Numbered from the stretch's first letter, positions 43,081 through 54,156 are shown. The stretch is DNA of 64,000 nt from an uncultured Gemmatimonadales bacterium (GCA_963823035.1 CAWGKG010000018.1:480001-544000); one strand, 5' to 3'. The notes: generated by a model from the sequence alone, not told the origin. Program-made: numbers and translations.

Positions 43081-44760
43081 GAAGCCTCACCTCCGTCGCT
43101 CCCCTCCGCCGCTGGGAGGTAGATGACGAACTCCGCGCCCCCGGCGGGATCGCGGTTCACGAAGATCGCGCCCTGGTGGGCCTCCACGGCGCGGAACACC
43201 ACGGCGAGCCCGAGCCCGCTCCCCCCGGCTCGCGTGGTGACGAACGGATCGAAGATCCGGTCCTGCACCTCGGGTGCGACACCGGGGCCCGAGTCTCGCA
43301 CGGTCAGGCTCACGGGATGTCGGAGCCCCGTGCGGCGAGGGTTGGGTCGGTCGCGGAGGTCCGCGATCGACACGCTCACCCATCCGTCCTCGCCGGCGTA
43401 CTGTACGCCGTTGAGCATGAGGTTGAAGAGCGCCCGGTGGAGGAGGTCCAGATCGCCGTCCACCTGAACGTCCGGCCCCCTGGCCGTCCCAGCGCACCTC
43501 CACCCCTTCGGCGTCCGGGTGCTGCCGGATCAGCGCCACGCAGTCGTTCACGAGGGACGCGAGGTCCACCGTCCTGCGGCTGCCGATGCGCAGCCCCGAG
43601 TAGTCGAGGAACTCCGACAGCAGCCGGCTGAGACGATCCGACTCGGTCAGCACGAGCCGTTGCAGGATGGCCCGATCGGCCTCGTCGAGCGTCGAGCGTG
43701 ACAGCTGCTCCACGGCGCTGCGGATGGACGCCAGCGGGTTCTTGATCTCGTGGGCGAGGGAGGCCGACAACGCCGCCACGGCCTCGAGCCGTTCGGTGCG
43801 CCGGTTGAGGGCCTCGATGAGCTCGAGGTCGGTGATGTCCTGGAAGATCGCGGTCGCGGACGGCGCCTCGTGCTCGCCGCGCTCCACCACCGTCGTCGAC
43901 ACGCCCAGGCGCACCTCCTTCCCGTCCCTCTGGAAGATCGTGCGCTGCCGCTCCAGTGGACGCCGCTCCTCGAGCGCCTGGCGGAGCGCCCACCCGAGGC
44001 CGGGAGCCCTCCGCTCCATCTCGTCCACGACCGGTCGGCCGAGCCACTCCCCTGCGTTCACGTCGAGAAGCGCCTCGGCCGCCGGGTTGGCGTACGCCAG
44101 CCGCCCCTCCGCGTCGACCGTGAGGACGCCCGTCGCGAGCGTCGCGAGGATGTCGCCGGTCTCGAGGCGAAGCTGGCGCAGCTCGGACTCCACGGCGCCC
44201 AGGGCGATCCCCGAGCGGCGCAGGCGGTCGCCGACCAGCCCCGTGAGGAGCGCCACCACCGCGAAGAGGCCGATCTGCAGCCCGACGCCGACCGTGAAGG
44301 CGCCCTCGTAGCCCCACACCAGGTCGCCGAAGTAGACCATGCTGGCGAGCCCACCGATCAGCACGCCACCCGGGAGGGGAAGGAGGAGGGCGCCCGCGCT
44401 GATCACGAGGATGTAGAGCGGAGCGAAGCTGGAGTCCGGCCCATTGGTGATGTGGACGATCCCCGTGACCAGGAGGACGTCGAGGATCACCTGCGGATAC
44501 AGGAAGTTCTGGCTGGGCTCCCGCCGGAGACCGTGCGTGTACCAGAAGGAGGCGGTCGTGACCAGGAGCGCGACCAGGAACATGATGACCGCGAGACGCG
44601 TGTTCTGCTGACCCGCGTCGTTCCACTTCCAGAGCACGCCGGCCAGGATCCCGGAGACCAGCGTCAACCGCCCCAGGTAGAGCCACCTGAGGACATCGAC
44701 ACGGCTGAAGAGCTGTCCAGGGGCCGCCGCCGCCCCCGCCTTCACCGGCGTGCTGGTCAC
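43077..44760 (-). CDS. pilS: Sensor histidine kinase PilS-like (multi-TM, PAS, HisKA, HATPase); frameshift near 43475
   Basis: LRWLYLGRL; QVILDVLLVTGIVHITNGPDSSFAPLY (PilS-type TM region); PAS (GVLTVD...YANPAA); AHEIKNPLASI; second frame NLMLNG, DSGPG, GSGLGL. Confidence 0.85.
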
Positions 44761-44830
44761 GCTGCTTCCTGAGGAGCCTCGGGTGGGTGCGCGCCCGGGT
44801 GTCCCCGGGCCGAGCTCGCGTTCCCCATCA

Positions 44831-44883
44831 AGCTACGGCAGCGCGTTTGCAAAGTGCAACGCCCGCGAATTTGCAGATTGCGA
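44831..44883 (-). promoter_or_regulatory. Putative pilS promoter with two TTGCA-N3-TGCAA-type palindromes
   Basis: TTGCAaagTGCAA at 44847-44859 and TTGCAgatTGCgA at 44871-44883; minus strand TTGCAC-N18-TAGCTT. Confidence 0.5.
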
Positions 44884-44923
44884 GATTCTCGCCCGTGACG
44901 CACTACGTCCGGGTCGGCCGCGA

Positions 44924-45469
44924 TCACCGATCGGGGCGGAGGTGTCGGGTGGCGGCGACGAGATCGCGGATGCGGCGGAGCTGCGTCTGGACCGTCTCGA
45001 GCCCCTCCCGGACCTCGCCCGCCGGCACGTCGAGGAGGAGGATCTGCGTTTCGGCCAGCGCGGAGGTGAGCGGGTTGTTGATGTCGTGCCGCGCGCGCGC
45101 GATCTCCACCAGGACGCCCTGGAGCTCCAGGAGGCCTTCTCGCGGTCCCTCGCCGTCGTCCTCGACGTAGCGGGCGACGTCCCCGAGGCTGGACGGGTGG
45201 CCGCTCGAGAGGGTACGCACCGTGGGCGGATCCGTCCCGTCCAGGACCGCGAAGATCCAGTCGGGCCCCCTCAGGGCGGTCGCCGCCTCCAGCAGCTCGC
45301 CGGCGGCGAGACCCGAGGCGTCGGCGAGGACGACACCGGGCGCGCGTCCCTGCAGCGCCTCGGCGCGGAGCGGAGGATCGAACACCTCGGCGTGGGGCCC
45401 CGCGGCAGCGAGGCACGCGTCTCGGAGCTCCCCGGCGGGGACGACGATGTAGAGGGGCTTGGAGGCCAT
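44924..45469 (-). CDS. HisKA (DHp)-only protein without an ATPase domain (181 aa)
   Basis: MASKPLYIVV...; C-terminal ARARHDINNPLTSALAETQILL...LETVQTQLRRIRDLV then stop; no N/G boxes follow. Confidence 0.72.
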   Translation of the reverse strand: MASKPLYIVVPAGELRDACLAAAGPHAEVFDPPLRAEALQGRAPGVVLADASGLAAGELLEAATALRGPDWIFAVLDGTDPPTVRTLSSGHPSSLGDVARYVEDDGEGPREGLLELQGVLVEIARARHDINNPLTSALAETQILLLDVPAGEVREGLETVQTQLRRIRDLVAATRHLRPDR

Positions 45470-45541
45470 AGTGCGTACGATCGGAAGAAAAGGACGGCAT
45501 GCCGACTGGCACCAATCTCGGGCCCGCTCCACTTTGTCGCC

Positions 45542-47627
45542 ATGCCCCAGCATCCTCCCGTCCCGACGGAGGCACCGGGTCACGGCCTCGGGACCATCTC
45601 GCGGCGCCTGCTCGGCACCGCGCTCATCGGCGCCGCCTACCTCCCCCTCCACCGCCTTCTCGACCCCGAGGTCACCGGACTCGCAGGCCTGTCGACGCGC
45701 CGCATCGCCGAGACCAGCTGGACGATGGGTGTGTGGGGGAGCGTGGCCGTGCTCGGTCTGGCGGTGGTGCTGACGATGGTCGTGCGCGCCGACCCGGGCG
45801 AGGTCGTGCGCCGCCTCGCCGGTGGGCTCGCCCGCGTCCGGGTCCTGTCGTTCGCGCTCGCGTGCGCGGCGCTCACCCTCGTTCTCGTCGCCGTGGTGGC
45901 GGGCGGGCTCTACGGCGGACATCCCACCTCCGTCGACGAGATGGTCCAGCTCCTCCACGCCCGGGCGCTCGCCGGGGGCGAAGCCGTCCTCCCCCTCCGC
46001 GTCGAGCCCCGCCGCCTGGGTGGTGCAGAACTCCATCCTGGTCGAGGGCGGGTGGGCGTCGATCTACCCGCCCTTCCACACCGCGCTGCTGGCGGTCGGT
46101 GTCGCGGTCGGCACGCCCTGGCTGGTGGGCCCGGTCATGACGGCGTTGCTGACCTTCGCCACGGCCCTGGCGCTCGACCGGCTCCTCCCGGACCGTCCCG
46201 CGCTGGCGCGCGGCGCCGCCCTCCTGGTCGCGCTCTCGCCCTTCCTCCTCTTCCTCGGCGGGACGGAGCTGAGCCATCCCACCGCCGGCGCGCTGGCCGC
46301 CGTCACCCTCCTGTGCGCGCTCCTCGCGCGGGACGGGACGTGGGCCTGGAGCGTGGCGACGGGCGCCGCCGTCGGTGCGTTCGTCTGCACGCGGCCGTGG
46401 ACGGGGGTGGCGCTCTCGGCCGCCCTGGTCGTGGCGACCTGGCTCCCCGCCGCGCGGCGGAGGGCCTCCGCCGCCCGCTGGAGCGCCGCCCGCCTCGGGG
46501 GGCTCCTCGTCGGCGGGATCCCCTTCGCCGTGCTCCTCCTCTCGTGGAACGATCGGCTCTTCGGCGACCCCTTCCGGCTCGGCTACCTCGCCGCCTACGG
46601 CCCGGCGCACGGCCTGGGCTGGCACACGGATCCGTGGGGCAACCTCTACGGGGCGCGTCAGGCGCTCGCCTTCACCGGGGCCGACCTCGTCCAGCTCGGA
46701 GCGCGGCTCCTGGAGACTCCCCTCCCCGCCGTCGCCCTGGTGGGCCTCGGCCTGGCCGTCCTTCCGACCCTCCCCGCGGGCGCCGTTCCGCTTCTCGCCT
46801 GGGCGGGCGCGGGTGTGGCCGCCAACGCGGCCTACTGGCACCACGGCAGCCACTTCGGCCCCCGCCTCCTGTTCGAGACGGCGCCCGCATGGGTGGCGCT
46901 CTGGGCGGTGGCGTGGGCCGGCCTGACCGGGTCCCGGTCCCCCCTCCCCGCCCGCGCACGCCGCTTCGTGGGGTGGGCGGGCGTGCTCTCCCTCGTCGGG
47001 GCCGCCCTGCTCGTGCCCGGAACGGCGGGCGCCTATCGAATCGGGGAGGCGGAGGCTGGCGCCTATCGTCTCCCCCGCCCTCCCGAGGAGCCGGCGCTCG
47101 TCTTCGTGCACGGAAGCTGGTCGTCGCGCGTGGTGGCCCGACTGGTCGCCTCGGGCATGCGCCGGGACTCGGTCGAGACCGCGCTGCGTCGCAACCCGTT
47201 GTGCGCCGTCGACCGGTACGCCCGCCTGCGCGCGGAGGGCGCCTCCGACCTCCCGGCGCTCGACCTCGAGGCGCGGCCGGGGACGCCGCCCGGCCTCGCC
47301 GAGGTGACGCTCTCGCCGGGCAACCGCATCCGCATCGACCCGAGGCGCCCGCTCGAACCCGTCTGCGCGCGCGAGGCCGCCGCCGACCGCTTCGGCACGA
47401 TGGAGCTGGAGCCCCTCCTCTGGCAGGCACCACCCCTGCCGGGCGCGACGCTCGTCCTGGCGCGCGACCTGGGACCGGATGCGAACCGCGCGGTGCGCGA
47501 GGCGTTCCGCGGCTACTCGGCATGGATGACGATCGGGACGCCCGAGGGCACGTCGCTGGCGCCGTACGAGGATGCGGTATCGAGGCTCTGGCGAGGCGGA
47601 GCCTCCCCGTCAGGCGGCGGGCCCTGA
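45542..47627 (+). CDS. Multi-TM GT-C-like membrane protein, paralog 2; frameshift near 46005
   Basis: PTSVDE, GWASIYPPFH, LGYLAAYG..HGLGWHTDPWG, LLETP, VFVHGSW, GMRRDSVETALRRN, ADRFG, PLLWQ, RDLGP; motif-by-motif match to 29960..32140. Confidence 0.7.
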
Positions 47628-47667
47628 CGCCCGCCTTCCGCCGCGACGGCGCAGGCGCCGCAGGGGC

Positions 47668-48464
47668 CTACTGTCCGGTCGGAACCTCGAGGACCTGGCC
47701 CGCGTAGATCCGGCTGCCACGGATGTTGTTCATGGCGCGCAGCTCCTCCACGGACAGACCGTGCGTCCGGGCGATCGTCCAGAGCGAGTCCCCGGCCCTG
47801 ACCTTGTAGCTGCTCTTGTCGATGGGCGTGGCCGCGGCCACCCGCGTCGCGGTCCGCTCCTGGATGTTCGCGACGTAGGCGCTGTAGTGGCGCGGGAACA
47901 CGGCCACGTGGTAGTGCGCAGGGTAGTGCTCCCTCGTCGCCTCCAGGACGCCCGCACCCTCCAGGTCGAGGAGCACGCCCTCCAGCCAGCTACGACACGC
48001 ACGCGAGTGGCTGTAGCGCAGGTCGACGGCCATTCCGGTCGGATGCACCGAGCGCTCGGAGGCGTTGCGCGGCTGGCGGGTCATGGGCCGCGTCAGGCTC
48101 GTGACGACGAGCTGCTCGCCGCAGGCCGCGCGGTACTGTGCCGCCAGGCGCTCCACGAAGAGCGCGACGTCGGGGCGGGTGTAGGGAAACGAGACCGCGT
48201 GCAGGACGAAGTCGCTGTTCGGGCGCAGGCGGACGAGCCACCCCTTCTCCGCGAAGTGGAGAACGCGCTTCCCCGTCTCGAGGTAGGTGAAGTCGTTCTG
48301 GTGGGCGATGCGGTTCTGGCGGTCCAGCGACGCCGGCGAGCCCCGTAGGCTCTGCGCCGTGAGTCCCGGTAGCCGCGTAGGCCAGGAAGGCGGTCGTGAA
48401 GAGCCCGACCGCGAGGGCGGGCGTCAGGGAGGCGGCGGGCTCCAGGCGCGGGCACACTCGTCAT
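47668..48464 (-). CDS. Secreted DUF5715/M15-like peptidase with C-terminal LysM; frameshift near 48365
   Basis: Signal peptide, then AQSLRGSPASLDRQN...LVVTSLTRP...SVHPTGMAVDL...HYHVAVF, and LysM YKVRAGDSLWTIA...IYAGQVL. Start approximate. Confidence 0.78.
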
Positions 48465-48704
48465 CGCATCGAGAAGGGGGCTGGGTGCCGACGGTTCGGG
48501 GGCCGTGGGGCCCCACACGGGATCAATAGGTAAACATATGATTCCCGTCCGACGGGCGTTCTGTCAAGGATCGGCTTCGGACAACAACAAACGAGCAAGC
48601 CTGCGACGCCACGGCTCGCGACAAATCTCAGGAAAGGCGCATCCCCCCGGGATCCCGGCCGACCGAGGTGGGCCGCACCGGGTTCCCGGAAGGCGCCGTG
48701 GCAT

Positions 48705-49343
48705 TCAGACGGTGTGCAGCCAACCGCTCTTCGCGGCCTCGTAGCGCTGTCCCACCTTGTCCCAGTTCACGACGTTCCACCAGGCGGACAGGTAGTCGGC
48801 ACGCCGGTTCTGGTAGTTCAAGTAGTACGCGTGCTCCCACACGTCCACGCCGAGGACCGGCGTGAAGCCCTCCATGAGCGGGCTGTCCTGGTTGGCGGTG
48901 GAGAAGCAGGCGAGGGCCCCCTTCGCGTCCACGCACAGCCACCCCCATCCCGACCCGAACTGGCCGGCCGCGTTGCCCTGCAGCTTGCCCTTGAGGTCGT
49001 CGAAGGAGCCGAAGGCAGCGTCGATCGCCGACGCCAGGGCGCCGTGGGGCGAGCTCGCGCCGCCGGGCGTCATGATGTCCCAGAAGAGCGCGTGGTTGAC
49101 GTAGCCGCCGCCGTTGTTGCGCACCGCCGTCCTGATGTCGGCGGGCAGCGAGTGGATGCCACGCAGCAGCTGCTCGGGCGAGAGGGCGTGCAGCGCGGTG
49201 TGGCCCTCCAGCGCCTTGTTCAGGTTGTTCGTGTATCCCGCGTGGTGCTTGTCGTGATGGATCTCCATGGTGCGAGCGTCGATGTGGGGCTCGAGCGCGT
49301 CCGTGGCGTATCCGAGCTCGGGCAGCTTGAACGGGTGGGGCAT
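48705..49343 (-). CDS. sodA: Fe/Mn superoxide dismutase
   Basis: [45 protein letters not shown]. Confidence 0.95.
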   Translation of the reverse strand: MPHPFKLPELGYATDALEPHIDARTMEIHHDKHHAGYTNNLNKALEGHTALHALSPEQLLRGIHSLPADIRTAVRNNGGGYVNHALFWDIMTPGGASSPHGALASAIDAAFGSFDDLKGKLQGNAAGQFGSGWGWLCVDAKGALACFSTANQDSPLMEGFTPVLGVDVWEHAYYLNYQNRRADYLSAWWNVVNWDKVGQRYEAAKSGWLHTV

Positions 49344-49484
49344 GCCTGACTCCTTTTGGCTCTCGGTCGAGGGTCGTTTCCCGCGGGGCCGGCGAACGCG
49401 TAGCTTGTGCAGGCCTCAGGGGTGGACAGCGGGGATTCTTACCCCGCTTCTCCTCGAAGGTGCGAACCTCATTCCGACGTTCTC

Positions 49485-50738
49485 TTGCCGCCCGTTTCCC
49501 CACCCCGCCGCGTCCTCCTCGTCGACTGCGACGCCTTCTACGTCCAGGTCGCCCGACTCCTGGATCCCGAGGGTGCGGGCAAGGCGCGACTGCTCATCGT
49601 GGGCGGCTCCCCGACGGGCCGCGGCGTGGTGACCTCGGCCTCCTACGAGACGCGCGCCTACGGTGTGCACTCGGCCATGCCGACGTCGCAGGCGCTCCGC
49701 CTCTGCCCGCAGGCGACCGTGGTGGGCGTGCCCCGCCGGGCGGTGATGGAGCGGAGCCGCGAGGTGGGCGCCGTGCTGCGCGAGCTCGCGCCCGTCGTCC
49801 AGGCCGCCTCCATCGACGAGTTCTACCTCGACCTGACCGGAACCGAGCGGCTCTTCCACGGCGCCGGCCTCACGGAGATCGCTCGCGACTTCCGCGAGGA
49901 GGTGCTCGCGCGCACGCGGATCTCGGTGTCGATCGGCGGAGGCACGCGCCGCGTCATCGCCAAGCTCGCCGCCGGACGCGCCAAGCCCGCCGGCGTGCAC
50001 GTCGTGCCGCCCGGGGAGGAGCAGGCCTTCCTCAACACCCTCGAGCTCGCGGAGCTTCCGGGGGTCGGGCCGTCCCTCGTGGAGGCGCTGGCGAAGCGCG
50101 GGCTGGTGCGCGTGGTGGATGCGCTCGAGGTGCAGCTCGAGTGGATGCAGCGGTGGTTCGGCACCCGCCGCGGCGCCTGGCTGCACCGGCGCGTGCGCGG
50201 GCTGGACGACAGCGAGGTCGACCCCCACGAGGAACGGAAGAGCATCTCCTCCGAGCGGACCTTCTTCAGGGACATCGACGACGACGACGAGTTGGAGCGC
50301 CGCCTGCTCGAGCTGTGCTGCGGCGTAGCGGCTACGTTGCGTGGCAAGGCGATGCGCGCACGCACGGTCACGGTCAAGCTGCGCGACGCGGACTTCACGA
50401 CGCGCCAGCACGCGCGCACCGTGAAGGAGGGCCTCGAGTCGGACCCCGTGCTCTACGACGTGGCGCGTGGGCTCCTGCGCGAGCTGCGCGCGGCCCGCCG
50501 GCGGCCCGCTCGCCTGATCGGCGTCGGGCTCTCCGGGCTCCACGACGCGGACGAGCCGCGGCAGCTCGCGCTCTTCGACGAGCCCGCGCCCGCCGTCGAG
50601 ACGGAGCGCGACCGTGCGGTGGCCCACGCCCTCGACCGCCTGCGCTCCCGCTTCGGCGACGACGCGGTTCGTCCCGGGCGCCTGTTCGACGGACGGCGCG
50701 GCCGTACCCCCGACACCGAGGACGAAGGCGAACCATGA
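49485..50738 (+). CDS. dinB: DNA polymerase IV (DinB)
   Basis: LVDCDAFY, RGVVTSASYETR.YGV.SAM, ASIDEFYLD, AKPAG, KSISSERTF; start uncertain (TTG at 49485 or GTG at 49407). Confidence 0.94.
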   Translation: MPPVSPPRRVLLVDCDAFYVQVARLLDPEGAGKARLLIVGGSPTGRGVVTSASYETRAYGVHSAMPTSQALRLCPQATVVGVPRRAVMERSREVGAVLRELAPVVQAASIDEFYLDLTGTERLFHGAGLTEIARDFREEVLARTRISVSIGGGTRRVIAKLAAGRAKPAGVHVVPPGEEQAFLNTLELAELPGVGPSLVEALAKRGLVRVVDALEVQLEWMQRWFGTRRGAWLHRRVRGLDDSEVDPHEERKSISSERTFFRDIDDDDELERRLLELCCGVAATLRGKAMRARTVTVKLRDADFTTRQHARTVKEGLESDPVLYDVARGLLRELRAARRRPARLIGVGLSGLHDADEPRQLALFDEPAPAVETERDRAVAHALDRLRSRFGDDAVRPGRLFDGRRGRTPDTEDEGEP

Positions 50739-51550
50739 GCTCCGACACGCCCGAACGAGGCATCGACCGCCTCTGGCCCGAGACGCGGCCGCTCATCGGC
50801 ATGGTCCACCTCCTGCCCCTGCCGGGCGCGCCCCGCTGGGCGCACTCGATGGACGCCATCGAGGAGCGGGCGCTCGCGGACGCGTGCGCGCTCGCCGACG
50901 GAGGGATGGACGGCGTGCTGGTGGAGAACTTCATGGACGTGCCGTTCTTCCAGGGACGCGTTCCGCCCGAGACCGTGGCGGCGATGGCGCGGGTGGTCGC
51001 GTCCGTCCGCCGTGTCGTCTCCGTTCCGGTGGGCGTGAACGTGCTGCGCAACGACGCCCACGCCGCCCTCGCGATCGCGGTCGCATGCGGTGCGGACTTC
51101 ATCCGTGTGAACGTGCACACGGGCACGATGTGGACCGATCAGGGCATCGTCGAGGGGCGCGCGGCGGACACGCTGCGCACGCGCGCCGCGCTCGGCGCCC
51201 GGGTGGCGATCCTCGCGGACGTGCTCGTGAAGCACGCGACGCCGCCGCCCGGGCTGAGCCCTGAAGCGGCCGCGGCGGACACGTGGTCGCGCGGGCTCGT
51301 GGACGCGCTCATCGCGACGGGGACGGGCACGGGCGAGCCAACGGACCCCGCGACCGTGCGGGCAATCGCGCGCGGGGCGCCCGACGCCCCCGTCCTGGTA
51401 GGCAGTGGGGTCACTCCGGACACGGTGGCGGGCCTTCTGGCCGTCGCGCACGGCGCGATCGTGGGGACGGTGCTGACCCGTGGAGGACGCGCGGGGAGCG
51501 GGGTGGATCCCGACCGCGTGCGCCGCCTCGTCGAGGCCGCCCGCGGCTAG
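50735..51550 (+). CDS. BtpA/SgcQ family protein
   Basis: IGMVHLLPLPGAP, VENFMDVPF, GVNVLRND, FIRVN, TDQG, ADVLVKHA, GSGV; ATGA overlap with dinB. Confidence 0.92.
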   Translation: MSSDTPERGIDRLWPETRPLIGMVHLLPLPGAPRWAHSMDAIEERALADACALADGGMDGVLVENFMDVPFFQGRVPPETVAAMARVVASVRRVVSVPVGVNVLRNDAHAALAIAVACGADFIRVNVHTGTMWTDQGIVEGRAADTLRTRAALGARVAILADVLVKHATPPPGLSPEAAAADTWSRGLVDALIATGTGTGEPTDPATVRAIARGAPDAPVLVGSGVTPDTVAGLLAVAHGAIVGTVLTRGGRAGSGVDPDRVRRLVEAARG

Positions 51551-52308
51551 CCGCCGGTGGTGCGTCGCGCCATCCGCGCCAGGTACCGTCCGTCCTCCTC
51601 GCGCTCCAGGACCTCGCACGTCAGCCCGACGCGCGTGCACGCGGCAGCGAGCGCCTCGGGGTCCACGAAGAGGAAGGGGAAGGGCGGACCCGCCTGTCCG
51701 TCGAACTCGAGCTGCATGTGGACCTCCCCGACGTAGCGCCCGTCGTCGGGCACGTCCCAACGCCCCGGGTCGGTCGAGTCCGCGAGGATCCGCCCCCCCG
51801 GCTGGAGGTGCTCGGCGAGCACAGCGAGGAAGTCGTCGAGCGCCGAGAGCGTTCCTGGAAGGCCCAGCCCGTTCATGAGCACGAGCACGGTGTCGAAGCG
51901 CTCTTCCGGCCCGAGCGCCTCGAGACCGCCATCGCGGACGTCGACCACCCCACCCCCATGCAGCTCCGCCAACGCCACCGGGAGGATCTCGAGCGCGGTC
52001 ACGGCATGTCCCGCGGCCGCCAGGGGCGCGGCGTGGGCGCCCGGGCCCGCTCCGACGTCCAGGACACGGCCCCGGGCCTCCGCGAGCGCCCGCCGCTCCA
52101 CGGCGGGCATGCTCTCCACGGGGCGGAAGAAGAGGGAGACGGGCACGTGCTCCTCCTCGGCCACGTCCGTACGCAGCACGAGCTCCGCCTGACGCCGTCC
52201 CGCACGGTAGGCCGCGAGGGCCGCGTCCAGAGGAGCCCAGGGCTCGTCCGCCCCTCCATGTGGCGAGGGGCGGTCCCGCAGGAGCCGCCCCCCTTCGTCG
52301 ACCGTCAT
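51547..52308 (-). CDS. Class I SAM-dependent methyltransferase
   Basis: ERRALAEARGRVLDVGAGPG, FDTVLVLMNGLG, LQPGGRIL, PFPFLFVD. Confidence 0.85.
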   Translation of the reverse strand: MTVDEGGRLLRDRPSPHGGADEPWAPLDAALAAYRAGRRQAELVLRTDVAEEEHVPVSLFFRPVESMPAVERRALAEARGRVLDVGAGPGAHAAPLAAAGHAVTALEILPVALAELHGGGVVDVRDGGLEALGPEERFDTVLVLMNGLGLPGTLSALDDFLAVLAEHLQPGGRILADSTDPGRWDVPDDGRYVGEVHMQLEFDGQAGPPFPFLFVDPEALAAACTRVGLTCEVLEREEDGRYLARMARRTTGG

Positions 52309-52316
52309 GCGGTGCG

Positions 52317-54071
52317 CTATCCCTTCGGGCTCCCACCCGCGTCGCGCGACCGCTTCCACGCCTCGTGCGCCCGCGCGTTCTCCTCCCACGGCCTGCGCCC
52401 GAAGTAGGACCGGGTCATCTCGACGACCTTCGGCGCGAGGAAGAGGAGGGCGATGAGGTTCGGGATGATGACGATCGACAGGGCGATGTCGCCCATCGCC
52501 CAGACCACGGCGAGCGGCACGACCGCGCCCATGAAATGCATGGCCACGTACACGAACTTGTACGGCAGGATCGCCTTCGGTCCGAACAGGTAGTTGGCGC
52601 ACCGGTCGCCGTAGTAGCTCCACGAGATCGCCGTCGATACCGCGAAGAGGATCGTGCTGATCAGCACGATGTAGTTGCCCCACCTCCCCGGCAGCCCGCG
52701 GCTGAAGGCCTCCATCGTCAGGGGCGCACCGCTGTCGGGCGCATTCGCCCACAGCGACGTGTAGGTCTGCCCGTCGGCCGTCACCGCCTGACCGGACGCC
52801 GGCCGCACGACGCCGGTGAAGGGCCGCGTCATCGCCTCGTCGACGAAGAGCGTGTCGATCGCCGTCTCGTGCCAGGACACGTGCACCGCGCCCATCCCGG
52901 TCTGCGTGTGCAGGCCGTCCCGGATCGTGATCTCGGCCGGCGGCTCCGTCGACACGGAACGTCCCGACTCGAGGGTCGTGGTGTAGCTGAGGTCGCCGCC
53001 GGTGAGCGTGACCTCCGTGGGGATCCGCGCCGTGTACATCCCGGTCATGATGATGACGATGCCGGTCATCGAGCAGATCACGATCGTGTCGATGAAGGGC
53101 TCGAGCAGGGCCACGACACCCTCCGAGACGGGCTCGTCGGTCTTGGCCGCCGCGTGCGCGATCGGCGCCGAGCCCTGCCCCGCCTCGTTCGAGAAGAGCC
53201 CTCGCCGCACCCCCCACATCATCGTCACCACGAACACGCCGACCCCGGTTCCGGCCACGCCCGCGGAGGGATTGAACGCCTCGCGGAAGATGAGTCCGAG
53301 GGCCGGGAAGAGGTCGGGGAGGTGCGTGAGGATGATGAAGAGCGCGCCGGCCACGTAGATCGTCGCCATGAGGGGGGCGAGGATCGACGTGACCCGCCCA
53401 ATACGCGTGATGCCGCCGAGAATGACCATCGCGACCACGCCCGACGTGATCAGCCCGGTGATCCACGGCGCCACGCCCCACACCGTCTCCACGTTGTCCG
53501 CGACCGTGTTCGCCTGCACCGCGTTGCCGGTGAGGAACGCCGTGAAGCCGAGCATGAGCGCGAAGAAGACGGCCATCCACCGCCACTTCGGCCCGAGCCC
53601 GCGCTCGATGTAGTACATCGGCCCGCCGGACACCGAACCCTCCCACTTCTTGGCGTCCTTGTCGGGTCCCACGTCACGGTACCGCTGGGCGAGCGTGACC
53701 TCGGAGTACTTGGTGGCCATCCCCAGGAAGGCCGTGACCCACATCCAGAAGAGCGCGCCCGGGCCGCCCAGGTGGATGGCGATCGCAACGCCGGCGATGT
53801 TGCCGATGCCGACCGTCGCCGACAGCGCCGTGGTCAGCGCCTGGAAGTGGCTGACGTCGCCGGGCTCGTTGGGGTCGTCGTACTTGCCAGACGTCACACC
53901 GAAGCCGTGCACGAGGTGCCGCAGCTGCACGAAGCCCGTGCGAAACGTGAGGTAGAGTCCCGTCCCGAGGAGGAGGATCACCATATAGGGGATGTTCTCC
54001 CCCTTCACGTTGATCCCGTTCTCCACCACGTAGGTGTTGAAGAAGTCGACGACGTTCTGAAGAAGGTCCAT
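52317..54071 (-). CDS. Sodium:alanine (AGCS family) symporter
   Basis: SHFQALTTALSATVGIGNIAGVA, GGPGALFWMW, GGPMYYI, RGLFSNEAGQGSAPIAHA, EPFIDT, STAISWSYYG. Confidence 0.95.
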   Translation of the reverse strand: MDLLQNVVDFFNTYVVENGINVKGENIPYMVILLLGTGLYLTFRTGFVQLRHLVHGFGVTSGKYDDPNEPGDVSHFQALTTALSATVGIGNIAGVAIAIHLGGPGALFWMWVTAFLGMATKYSEVTLAQRYRDVGPDKDAKKWEGSVSGGPMYYIERGLGPKWRWMAVFFALMLGFTAFLTGNAVQANTVADNVETVWGVAPWITGLITSGVVAMVILGGITRIGRVTSILAPLMATIYVAGALFIILTHLPDLFPALGLIFREAFNPSAGVAGTGVGVFVVTMMWGVRRGLFSNEAGQGSAPIAHAAAKTDEPVSEGVVALLEPFIDTIVICSMTGIVIIMTGMYTARIPTEVTLTGGDLSYTTTLESGRSVSTEPPAEITIRDGLHTQTGMGAVHVSWHETAIDTLFVDEAMTRPFTGVVRPASGQAVTADGQTYTSLWANAPDSGAPLTMEAFSRGLPGRWGNYIVLISTILFAVSTAISWSYYGDRCANYLFGPKAILPYKFVYVAMHFMGAVVPLAVVWAMGDIALSIVIIPNLIALLFLAPKVVEMTRSYFGRRPWEENARAHEAWKRSRDAGGSPKG

Positions 54072-54156
54072 GCGGGCCGTCCGTCTGGGCGAGGTTGTTG
54101 GGGAGAAGAGAGGCGGGGGGACCTAGCCTCGCGGTGTCCTTTCAGGGCGACGAAGA

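Noticed and set aside
44757..44828. 23-codon ORF overlapping the pilS start
   Set aside because: No ribosome-binding site or recognisable features; likely chance.
48465..48704. c-di-AMP riboswitch or other RNA upstream of the LysM gene
   Set aside because: Hallmark motifs not found; only a TTGACA hexamer and a loose hairpin after the SOD gene.
49344..49484. LexA/SOS box upstream of dinB (gcgaacctcattccga)
   Set aside because: Only a partial match to GAAC-N4-GTTC or GAAC-N7-GAAC; too degenerate to support.
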